Numbered from the stretch's first letter, positions 28,275 through 35,488 are shown. The stretch is DNA of 53,115 nt from an uncultured Anaerolineales bacterium (GCA_964412395.1 CAYPOY010000001.1:1-53115); one strand, 5' to 3'. Program-made: numbers and translations. The notes: generated from the sequence alone by a model not told the origin.

Positions 28275-28919
28275 ATGATACGCCAGGATATGCCAATGCT
28301 CATTGTCTACGAGGGAGAACTGGAGGGACAACGATGGATCGTAGACCAGGATCGAGTGATCATCGGGCGAGGGTCGGATTGCGACATTGTGCTACCGGAA
28401 CGGCCGGTCTCGCGCCACCACGCCCAGGTCGAGTGTGACAACAGTGGCTATCTGCTGCGCGATCTGGGGAGCAAGAATGGCACCTTCGTCAATGGCCAGC
28501 AGGTGCGCGGTAAGCCGTACCGTCTGAAGGATGGGGACGAGATACAGATCGCGTTGCGTGTCAAGATGGGCTTCGTGGGCGCCGACGCGACGTTGCCGTT
28601 GGAGTTGACCGGTCCCAACCGGGGACTGCACATTGACCGGGCAGCCAGAAGGGTCTTTATCGGGGGGCACGAGTTGACCCCACCGCTCTCGTTGGCTCAG
28701 TACCGGCTGTTGGAGTTATTGCTCGACCGCGAAGGACGGGTGGTTTCGCGGGATGCGGTCGTGACGACTGTGTGGCCCGAGGAAGAGGCGATGGGTGTCT
28801 CCGAGCAGGCGATTGATGCGCTGGTACGCCGCTTGCGCGACCGCATCTCGGCCGTAGACCCGGATCACGCCTACATCGTCACCGTGCGGGGGCACGGGTT
28901 CCGATTGGATAATCGGTGA
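28275..28919 (+). CDS. FHA domain fused to OmpR/PhoB-type winged-helix DNA-binding domain
   Basis: FHA: RVIIGRGSDCDIVLPERPVSRHHAQVECDNSGYLLRDLGSKNGTFVNGQ. wHTH: LTPPLSLAQYRLLELLLDREGRVVSRDAVVTTVW...IDALVRRLRDRI...YIVTVRGHGFRL. ATG 28275 with AAGGGGG upstream. ORF track 28170..28919. Confidence 0.85.
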   Translation: MIRQDMPMLIVYEGELEGQRWIVDQDRVIIGRGSDCDIVLPERPVSRHHAQVECDNSGYLLRDLGSKNGTFVNGQQVRGKPYRLKDGDEIQIALRVKMGFVGADATLPLELTGPNRGLHIDRAARRVFIGGHELTPPLSLAQYRLLELLLDREGRVVSRDAVVTTVWPEEEAMGVSEQAIDALVRRLRDRISAVDPDHAYIVTVRGHGFRLDNR

Positions 28920-28920
28920 G

Positions 28921-28974
28921 GCAATGAAGCAATGAATCAATGAAGCAATGAATCAATGAACAATGAATCAATGG
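28921..28974. repeat. Octamer/heptamer tandem array (NCAATGAA x7)
   Basis: gcaatgaa gcaatgaa tcaatgaa gcaatgaa tcaatgaa caatgaa tcaatgg. It starts 2 nt after the FHA-wHTH stop. CAATGAA is a cyclic permutation of the ATGAACA unit at 3911..3945. Confidence 0.9.
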
Positions 28975-29229
28975 TCTGGGGCAAATGCCCTGTAGGGGGA
29001 CTGCCCGACGCGCCTGAAGACGGGCAGCGTTCCCCAGGACCGGGAGGCGCTGGTGGTGACTGTCCTTTCGACAGGATCAGGATAAGCCGCAGCCTGCTGG
29101 AGAGCGCCATTAAGCGGAGGTTGGTGGATCGATGTTGTACGAGTTGAAGAGGATGGTAGTGGCTGGCGAAAAGTCACAAGCCGGGTTGTCATGGGCATTG
29201 ATTGAACGTCAGAGGGTGGAGGAACAGAG

Positions 29230-29475
29230 ATGGATACTCTTGCAACAACTAGTTATCAGACAGTCTTGAATACTGTTCGCCAATGGCCACCAGACAGACG
29301 CTTCGCTCTGGTGCAGGATGTCATCAACACGCTGGCGTCAGAAGTGGCTCACCCTCGACCCAGGCACAAGACCCTGGAAAAGGCCCTGGGGCTCCTGGCG
29401 ACGGACCAACCTGCTCCGTCCGATGCAGAAATTCAACAGTGGCTGGATGAACATCGTATGGAGAAGTACGGCTGA
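29230..29475 (+). CDS. Small antitoxin-like hypothetical protein
   Basis: 81-aa ORF with GGAGG upstream. The C-terminal ...AEIQQWLDEHRMEKYG resembles small partner proteins of PIN toxins. No intact toxin follows. Confidence 0.4.
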   Translation: MDTLATTSYQTVLNTVRQWPPDRRFALVQDVINTLASEVAHPRPRHKTLEKALGLLATDQPAPSDAEIQQWLDEHRMEKYG

Positions 29476-29680
29476 TCGGTTGACCACCTTGGAAACTGCT
29501 CATACAGCAGTACACATCTGCCTGGAAGCGTTTGAAATCTGCTCTGTGGACCGTGAGGCATTGGAGCAGGCACGGGTGTTACTTGAAAATGTGCTGCGGA
29601 TGCTCGGACGAGGTTCGCGGAGGGGCGCAAACCCCGCCTGATGAGGCATAAAATGGGGCGCAAACTACCGAGGTGACGTC

Positions 29681-30493
29681 ATGGCCAAACCGCTTGACCT
29701 GGAATCCTTCGCGGCGCACGTCGAGGACACCACGCGGCAGGCCGGCTTTACCGTTGAAAAACGGGACGGACTTGACCTGTACGTCGTCCTGCACGGCGAT
29801 CCGGTGCGTTGCAACTTGAACAAGGCGTACTCGGCCTACCAGCTCTCTCCCCACCGCCTGGATGAAATCGTGCAGGCCCATCTGAACGCACTCCGCAGCG
29901 TGCCCCCGTTCCCTCCACCGCCCACCGAAGAACAGGCCGCCGAATCTCTGCTGCCCATGCTCAACCATACTCAATGGCTCAAACAGGTGCAGCGGCAAGA
30001 CGTTTCACCGCTGGCGCACCGTCCTTTCGTCGCCGGGTTGGTCATCACGTATGTGTTTGACTTTCCTAACCACCGCGCTTACGTGAACGTGGACATGTTG
30101 GCGCAAATGATGGCTTCGCCAGAGGCTACGTTTGACGCGATCCACGAATACGCACTGGAGAATCTGCGCAAACGCACGACGAGCCGGGACTATGAGACGC
30201 ACGGGCTGCGTGACAAGACCATGATCATGTGCGAGACGCACGACGGATACGCGGCCACGCGCGTCCTGCTGCCGGACCTGATGGCGAAGTGGGCCAAGCG
30301 CATCCCTGGCCGGATGTTGATCGGCATCCCCAATTGCGATTTCTTGATTGCCTTCAGCAACCGTGACCCGGCCCACGTGGCTGCCATCGCTGGCCAGGTG
30401 CGCCGCGACGCAGCACAGCGCGACCATCCGCTGTGCGCCGACTTGCTCGTCTGGCAAGATGGGCGGATAAGAGAGTATCGGCCCAAACAGTGA
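29681..30493 (+). CDS. Hypothetical protein, DUF1444/YtpQ-like (tentative)
   Basis: 270-aa ORF with good coding composition. The family assignment is from memory only. Confidence 0.5.
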   Translation: MAKPLDLESFAAHVEDTTRQAGFTVEKRDGLDLYVVLHGDPVRCNLNKAYSAYQLSPHRLDEIVQAHLNALRSVPPFPPPPTEEQAAESLLPMLNHTQWLKQVQRQDVSPLAHRPFVAGLVITYVFDFPNHRAYVNVDMLAQMMASPEATFDAIHEYALENLRKRTTSRDYETHGLRDKTMIMCETHDGYAATRVLLPDLMAKWAKRIPGRMLIGIPNCDFLIAFSNRDPAHVAAIAGQVRRDAAQRDHPLCADLLVWQDGRIREYRPKQ

Positions 30494-30715
30494 ACAAATT
30501 TGGCATGGTTCATTTTAGACCTGTTTGGAGCCAAAAAGTCCTTGACACTTTCCACAGTCCTTGATGACTTTGCTCGCTGGAAATCAGCCACCAGAACGGC
30601 GTTTCAGGGTCAAATCAAGCGATTTCTGCTGATCGTTGGCCCAAAACGTGCCTCTCGTTCGGCTGAATTTGTCAAGGAGTTTTTTCCGCCTGAATGAACC
30701 ATGCCACAAATTTGT
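30494..30715. mobile_element. MITE-like element, about 222 bp, with 21-23 bp terminal inverted repeats
   Basis: Left arm acaaatttggcatggttcatt (30494..30514). Right arm aatgaaccatgccacaaatttgt (30693..30715) is its reverse complement except for a 2-nt insertion. It is visibly AT-richer than its flanks and fills the gap between two convergent stop codons exactly. Confidence 0.5.
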
Positions 30716-30723
30716 ACCGGGAA

Positions 30724-30987
30724 CTAGACTTGTTCGAAGTGGGGGGCGTCTACGACGAAGATGGTGGCGCGGTACTGGCCAGGTTCAGGGGGGCTGCACG
30801 TATCTCGGAGTATATCAATGACAGGCTGTACGTGTTGCTCATCCACGCCGATGAGCAGTGTGACGTTGCCCCGTCGCAGGAAGCCGCCGGTGCTGGCGAC
30901 GCGGGTCACCTGGTGGTCATGGGTTACCAGTTGGTCAATCATGTGCCCGGCATCTATGTCACGGATGATGGCAATGATCAGTTTCAT
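30724..30987 (-). CDS. PII-like cyclic-di-AMP receptor family protein (DarA/PstA/YaaQ-like, DUF970)
   Basis: MKLIIAIIRDIDAGHMIDQLVTHDHQVTRVASTGGFLRRGNVTLLIGVDEQHVQPVIDILRDTC...ATIFVVDAPHFEQV matches, block for block, the B. subtilis YaaQ pattern as I recall it (MKLIVAVVQD...TKLATTGGFL..GNTT..IGV...GGATVFVLPV..F.QF). Confidence 0.75.
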   Translation of the reverse strand: MKLIIAIIRDIDAGHMIDQLVTHDHQVTRVASTGGFLRRGNVTLLIGVDEQHVQPVIDILRDTCSPPEPGQYRATIFVVDAPHFEQV

Positions 30988-30999
30988 CGGAGTCTCGCT

Positions 31000-31344
31000 T
31001 CACAGTTGCTCAAAGTGCTCGACGTCGAGTACGTAGACGGTCGCGCCACCTACCTCTGCTTCGATCATCATTGGCTGGATTTCGAGCAGTGGGGCCTCGA
31101 CGTGAGCCGGGACAAACCGCCGGCGGGTGCGACAGCACGCGCGGATGTGTTCCAGCAGGCGTGGCAAGCGTACTTGGTCGAGGCCGATGAGCAGCGAGGC
31201 GGTAGCCTCGTGCAGGATGCCGCCGCTAGAGTCCACCTGGGTGACGTAGAAGCCGTCGTGGGTCAGCCTGTCCGTAAGTGCGCCAGCCAGGGTACCGGAG
31301 ACAGTGGCGATCATCAGTTGATTGACAGCGTTACGTGGTGTCAC
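31000..31344 (-). CDS. Second PII-like DarA/PstA-family paralogue
   Basis: LMIATVSGTLAGALTDRLTHDGFYVTQVDSSGGILHEATASLLIGLDQVRLPRLLEHIR...EVGGATVYVLDVEHFEQL. I start it at GTG 31344 (GGAGGA 4 nt upstream), because a TGGTACAAT -10 element lies inside the longer 31389 ORF. Confidence 0.7.
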   Translation of the reverse strand: MTPRNAVNQLMIATVSGTLAGALTDRLTHDGFYVTQVDSSGGILHEATASLLIGLDQVRLPRLLEHIRACCRTRRRFVPAHVEAPLLEIQPMMIEAEVGGATVYVLDVEHFEQL

Positions 31345-31361
31345 GTTTCCTCCGTATTTCC

Positions 31362-31370
31362 ATTGTACCA
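31362..31370 (-). promoter_or_regulatory. Extended -10 element (TGGTACAAT on minus strand) for the DarA-like pair
   Basis: The complement of 31362..31370 reads TGGTACAAT, 18 nt upstream of the GTG start. Confidence 0.45.
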
Positions 31371-31447
31371 GATTTCGTGGGTAGTGCAACCGGCTTAGGG
31401 AGTTCCAGAATTTAAATCATCCCAAGCTGGGCAAGGCCAGCCTTGAT

Positions 31448-31523
31448 GCGGGGCGTTGAAACACCCCGCTGATACTACGAAACCCGTTAAAACGGGTTGA
31501 AACGGCCCCAGTTGACCTGGGGC
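31448..31523. repeat. Three tandem GC-rich stem-loops in a divergent intergenic region
   Basis: gcggggcg-ttgaaa-caccccgc (31448..31469). aacccgtt-aa-aacgggtt (31481..31498). gccccag-ttgac-ctggggc (31505..31523). Confidence 0.6.
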
Positions 31524-31605
31524 GCGTTGTGCTACGCCAGGGAGACGGTAGGAGGATGATCCGTACAGATGCAGTGCGCTGTTTGCACGGTTCGTCGCTC
31601 TTCAT

Positions 31606-31634
31606 TTGGTACACTGGCCGTGCTGTGTTATAAT
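31606..31634 (+). promoter_or_regulatory. Sigma70-type promoter (TTGGTA-17-TATAAT)
   Basis: TTGGTA at 31606..31611 and TATAAT at 31629..31634, 31 nt upstream of the kinase ATG 31665. Confidence 0.55.
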
Positions 31635-31664
31635 TCCCCATCCTGAGATGGCGAGCGAATTCAA

Positions 31665-33233
31665 ATGCTGACCGACTACCGTGTCCGGCAACGAGAATAT
31701 CTTCTGGAGATCAGCCGCGCCCTCACAGCGCAACTCAACCTGGATGAATTGCTGCAAATGGTGCTAGAGGCGGCGACGAAGATACTTGCAGGACAGGCCG
31801 GCATCATTGCCCTGCGCGACCCTGACGGAAGTTTTATCATTCGGGCCAGTTATGGCCTGCCCCGGGCTTTGGTGCCGTACTTCGAGCTGTTGCTGACGGA
31901 TATCCCCGACGATGCTGACTCGAGCCGTTTCCATATTCCCGGTCTGGCAAAGAAGTTGGGACTGGTAGCAGCGGAACTTGGGCTGCGCCTGCAACAAGTA
32001 GTGGCGCTTCCGATGTCCATCAGGCGGGAACTGATCGGCGTGCTGTACATATTTCGCGCCTACGGAACCCGCTTTACTGCCAACGACCGCCAGATCCTCG
32101 CCAGTTTCGCTGACCAGGCTGCTATCGCGGTTCACAATGCACAACTCTACGAACGCATTTCCCAGGAGAAGCGCCGTCTCGATGCCATTCTGGAGTACAG
32201 TGCCGATGGGGTGTTGATCCTCGACTCAGCTCACCACATCGTCGTTTTTAACCGTGCGCTGGCGCAATTGAGCGGCTGGTCGGCGGCCGAAGCGCTAGGC
32301 CGTCATCACGACGAAGTGATCCGCTGGGCGCGCCTGGAAACGGACCTGGACCTGGTCGGTGCAGTCGCTGGCGGCTGGCCGCTGCCGTCGGCCTCCTCCC
32401 TCTACGTTGAGGGGGACCTGCGTCGGCGAAGTGGCGGAACCATCAGCGTCGGCATCACTTACGCGCCACTCTTCGACCGTGAGCGCCGTCTGGTCAACAT
32501 CATCGCCGATGTGCGCGACGTCACGCGCTTCCGGGAAGCGGATGAGATCAAGTCCACTTTCATCTCCGTGATTTCTCACGAACTCAAGACCCCAGTCGCC
32601 TTGATCAAGGGCTACGCCGACACTTTGATGCGCAAGGATGCCTGCTGGGACCAGGATACAATGCAGGAAAGCCTGACGGTTATTGTAGAGGAAGCCGGTC
32701 GTCTGAATCAACTGATTGATAACCTGCTCGATGCCTCGCGGCTCCAGGCGGGGGCGTTGCCATTGGAGATGGATCAGGTGGCGCTTGATGCGCTGGCCGA
32801 GCGTGTGGCCAGGCATTTCCGCACGCAGACCCAGACTCACGAGATTGTCCTCCGGTTTCCTCCCGATCTCCCGGTCGTTGAGGGAGATCCAGGCCGGCTG
32901 GAGCAGGTGCTGAACAACCTGGTGTCCAATGCTATCAAGTATTCTCCTGACGGTGGCCGTATCGAGATCAGCGGCCGTGCATTGCCCAACGAAGTAGTCG
33001 TTACCGTATCTGATCAGGGAGCGGGTATCCCGTTCGAAGAGCAGTCTCGCGTCTTCGAGCGTTTCTTCCGAGGAGCACGGGAGCGAAACCAGCGTACGCC
33101 TGGGGCTGGCCTGGGACTATACCTTGCCAAGGCTATCGTTAAAGCCCATGGTGGGCGTATTTGGGTCGAGAGCCGCTCCGGGGAAGGGGCTGCCTTCTCG
33201 TTCGCTATCCCGCGCCAACAAACTTCTAGCTGA
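31665..33233 (+). CDS. Sensor histidine kinase (GAF, PAS, HisKA, HATPase_c), cytoplasmic
   Basis: H-box FISVISHELKTPVALIKGYA. N-box LNNLVSNAIKYSP. G-boxes DQGAGIP and GAGLGLYLAKAIVKAHGGRIWVESRSGEGAAFSFAIP. N-terminal GAF (LNLDELLQMVLEAATKILAGQAGIIALRD). Confidence 0.92.
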   Translation: MLTDYRVRQREYLLEISRALTAQLNLDELLQMVLEAATKILAGQAGIIALRDPDGSFIIRASYGLPRALVPYFELLLTDIPDDADSSRFHIPGLAKKLGLVAAELGLRLQQVVALPMSIRRELIGVLYIFRAYGTRFTANDRQILASFADQAAIAVHNAQLYERISQEKRRLDAILEYSADGVLILDSAHHIVVFNRALAQLSGWSAAEALGRHHDEVIRWARLETDLDLVGAVAGGWPLPSASSLYVEGDLRRRSGGTISVGITYAPLFDRERRLVNIIADVRDVTRFREADEIKSTFISVISHELKTPVALIKGYADTLMRKDACWDQDTMQESLTVIVEEAGRLNQLIDNLLDASRLQAGALPLEMDQVALDALAERVARHFRTQTQTHEIVLRFPPDLPVVEGDPGRLEQVLNNLVSNAIKYSPDGGRIEISGRALPNEVVVTVSDQGAGIPFEEQSRVFERFFRGARERNQRTPGAGLGLYLAKAIVKAHGGRIWVESRSGEGAAFSFAIPRQQTSS

Positions 33234-33246
33234 AAGGAATCCAACT

Positions 33247-34587
33247 ATGCCTCAGGTATTGCTTGCCCGTATCACTTGTCCCAGTTGCCAAAATCAGTTT
33301 CAGACCCCCGTGGAGCAGATTCTGGACGTCGGTGCCGATCCCAGCGCCAAGATACGGCTGCTCAACGGTCTGGTCAATGTGGCTGTCTGTCCCCATTGTG
33401 GAACGCGTGGAGCACTCAACCTCCCGTTTCTCTATCACGATCCCGATAATGAACTGGCGTTGGTTTATATGCCGATGGGGACCGGTCGCGACGACCTTGA
33501 GCGTCAGCGGACCATCGGCGGGTTCACCAGTGCAGTGATAGACAGCCTTCCGCCTGAGGAGCGCAAGGCGTATCTGCTCCAGCCCCAGGTCTTTCTCACG
33601 TTGGAGAACCTGGCAAATAAAATCCTCGAGGCAGATGGCGTCACTCCAGAGATGATCGAAGAGCAGAAGGCCAGGGCGGAATTGCTGCAGCGGATGCTCG
33701 AATCCACCTCCGATGAGGTATTGGAGGTGATGGTCAAGGAGAACGACGCCGCCATTGACGCCGATCTTTTCCGGACGTTGGCTATGAACCTGGAGATGGC
33801 ACAATCCTCGGGACAAGCAGCCGGTGTACAGCGACTCCTGGCGCTGCGCAACAAACTGCTGGAGTTGAGCAGCGAGGGGCGGGCGGTCAAGGCACGGGGT
33901 GAGAGGTTGGAGGCGCTGCGCGCTGAACCGACCCGCGAGAAATTGTTGGAACTGCTTATCCAGACGCCTGACGTGCGCACGCGTGAGTTGTTGATCGTGT
34001 CTGGCCGACCGCTGTTGGACTATCTCTTCTTCCAGTCCCTCACGTCTCGGATCGAGTCGGCCTCTGATGAGGGTGAGCAGGAGCGGCTGACCGCACTGCG
34101 CGCGCAGGTGCTGGCTGTTCGAGACCGGATTGATGAGGATACACGCGCGCTGTACGGAGAACGTCAGGCGCTCCTGCGGGACTTGATGTTGAGCGATGAC
34201 CCCGGAACGCTGGCGCGACGTCGTTCTCTCGAGTTAGATCAGGCTTTCTCCAATGTGCTGGCGGTCGAGTTGGAGAAGGCACGGGCCGCAGGCGACACGG
34301 AGGCCGTCAAGGCATTGGAGGCGGTCTGGGGTTTGATATTGCGACTGGTGGAGGAATCGCTCCCGCCAGAATTGCAACTCTTCAACCGGCTGATGGCTGC
34401 TGAGGACGACGCGGGAATTGAGAGCTTGTTGCAGGAAAATCGCAATCTGGTGACGGAGCACCTGGTGCAGTTTATGGAAGAGGCGCAGGCCAGCATGCGG
34501 GAGGATGGCGCGCTGGAGACCGCCGAGCGCCTGGCGTTGGTGCTGGAGAAAGTGAAAGGGATAGTGGCGGAGATGGCCACTGCTTGA
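33247..34587 (+). CDS. CpXC-domain protein with long helical C-terminal region
   Basis: ITCPSCQNQFQTPVEQILDVGADPSAKIRLLNGLVNVAVCPHCGTRG contains two CxxC pairs with CpXC spacing. ATG 33247. ORF track 33124..34587. Confidence 0.7.
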   Translation: MPQVLLARITCPSCQNQFQTPVEQILDVGADPSAKIRLLNGLVNVAVCPHCGTRGALNLPFLYHDPDNELALVYMPMGTGRDDLERQRTIGGFTSAVIDSLPPEERKAYLLQPQVFLTLENLANKILEADGVTPEMIEEQKARAELLQRMLESTSDEVLEVMVKENDAAIDADLFRTLAMNLEMAQSSGQAAGVQRLLALRNKLLELSSEGRAVKARGERLEALRAEPTREKLLELLIQTPDVRTRELLIVSGRPLLDYLFFQSLTSRIESASDEGEQERLTALRAQVLAVRDRIDEDTRALYGERQALLRDLMLSDDPGTLARRRSLELDQAFSNVLAVELEKARAAGDTEAVKALEAVWGLILRLVEESLPPELQLFNRLMAAEDDAGIESLLQENRNLVTEHLVQFMEEAQASMREDGALETAERLALVLEKVKGIVAEMATA

Positions 34588-34640
34588 CGCTCGACGCCCG
34601 CAACAAGTTGCGGCATCCGGTATCCAACGGATGCGTGAAC

Positions 34641-34669
34641 TTGACAAAGTCGGCCTCTGTGTGTATGAT
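34641..34669 (+). promoter_or_regulatory. Near-consensus sigma70 promoter for the tRNA (TTGACA-17-TATGAT)
   Basis: TTGACA at 34641..34646 and TATGAT at 34664..34669. The tRNA 5' end is 11 nt downstream. Confidence 0.7.
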
Positions 34670-34679
34670 GTAGGTGTAC

Positions 34680-34756
34680 GCGCCCGTACCTCAATTGGAT
34701 AGAGGAGCGGTCTACGAAACCGACTGTTGTGGGTTCGAGTCCCGCCGGGCGCGCCA
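34680..34756 (+). tRNA. tRNA-Arg (anticodon ACG), CCA encoded
   Basis: Hand-folded. Acceptor GCGCCCG/CGGGCGC. D arm CCTC-AATTGGATA-GAGG. Anticodon arm GCGGT-CTACGAA-ACCGA (one G.A mismatch at the base). T arm GTGGG-TTCGAGT-CCCGC. Discriminator G, then CCA. Confidence 0.9.
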
Positions 34757-34762
34757 GTTTTT

Positions 34763-34794
34763 AATGCCCTCCTGCCAGGGAGGGCATTGTTGTT
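34763..34794 (+). terminator. Intrinsic terminator after the tRNA
   Basis: Perfect 10-bp stem aatgccctcc / ggagggcatt with loop tgccag, followed by gttgtt. Confidence 0.7.
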
Positions 34795-35200
34795 AGGAGG
34801 CTGTGCTGTGGATTGAGTAAGTTCCTAAGATTTCCATAAAAATGGCCAGAATGCTTGACAAATGTGTGGATTGTGTGCTATACCGTACATGTATCTGGCG
34901 TGATGTGTACTGCGTCAGGATACATTCTTGCGAAGGAGGGCTGGAAGGATAATGAGATGCCGCTGTCCCTGCAGATAAGGGATGGCGGCTTATTGCTTGT
35001 CAGTGGGGAACCACATCGGAATTTGGTTCTTGATGTAGCCAGTCCCGTCAGCACCACCGGGGCTGGGGGCACCGGGTGGCGGAGTACCCCGCGCAGACCG
35101 GTTATATCATAATCTACAGACCCACAGACGTGTCGCCTCTTCGCTGAAGCTTCTTCTGACTTTGATTCACGTTGCTGGGCCCTGGATCGTGACTGATCAG

Positions 35201-35236
35201 GCTCACGGGTGTTCTCCCGTGAGCTTTATTTGTTTT
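35201..35236 (+). terminator. Canonical intrinsic terminator with no annotated gene upstream
   Basis: 9-bp stem gctcacggg / cccgtgagc, loop tgttct, then tttatttgtttt. Confidence 0.75.
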
Positions 35237-35488
35237 CGGTGACGCCCGCTCCTGGGCGAGCGGGCCAGACAGGCCGCTTGGGCAAGCGGACCTGGGCCGG
35301 GGCACCGTGGCGGAGCACCTCGTGCGTTCTCCTCAAGATGTCGCACGGGGGACAGGGGGCCCTGGCCGAATGCGGAAGGAGGTGATGCGGCTGAGGTAGA
35401 GGAAGCGAGAAAGTGGGGAAACTGTGCGTAGTGTATGCGCGTAGAAATGGCAGCATCCAGTAAGCGAAGAACAAGGAGGAAATGAACA

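Noticed and set aside
28956-29198. ORFs 28956..29147(+) and 28968..29198(-) downstream of the FHA-wHTH gene
   Set aside because: The plus ORF initiates inside the CAATGAA tandem array, where every unit supplies an ATG. Both translations are low-complexity with no RBS, so the region is treated as non-coding.
31417-31641. Possible cyclic-di-AMP (ydaO-type) riboswitch or CRISPR-like GTTGAAAC repeats next to the DarA-like genes
   Set aside because: I could not find the conserved ydaO-type core sequences. The hairpins lie upstream of both predicted -10 elements rather than in a 5' UTR. The GTTGAAAC-like words are only 7-30 nt apart, with no regular repeat-spacer periodicity and no cas genes. The 74-aa minus ORF here has junk composition.
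34588-34640. Hairpins ccgcaa-caag-ttgcgg and gcatccg-gtatccaa-cggatgc after the CpXC gene as a terminator
   Set aside because: The stems are short and have no U-tract. They overlap the region just upstream of the tRNA promoter, and the evidence is insufficient to annotate them.
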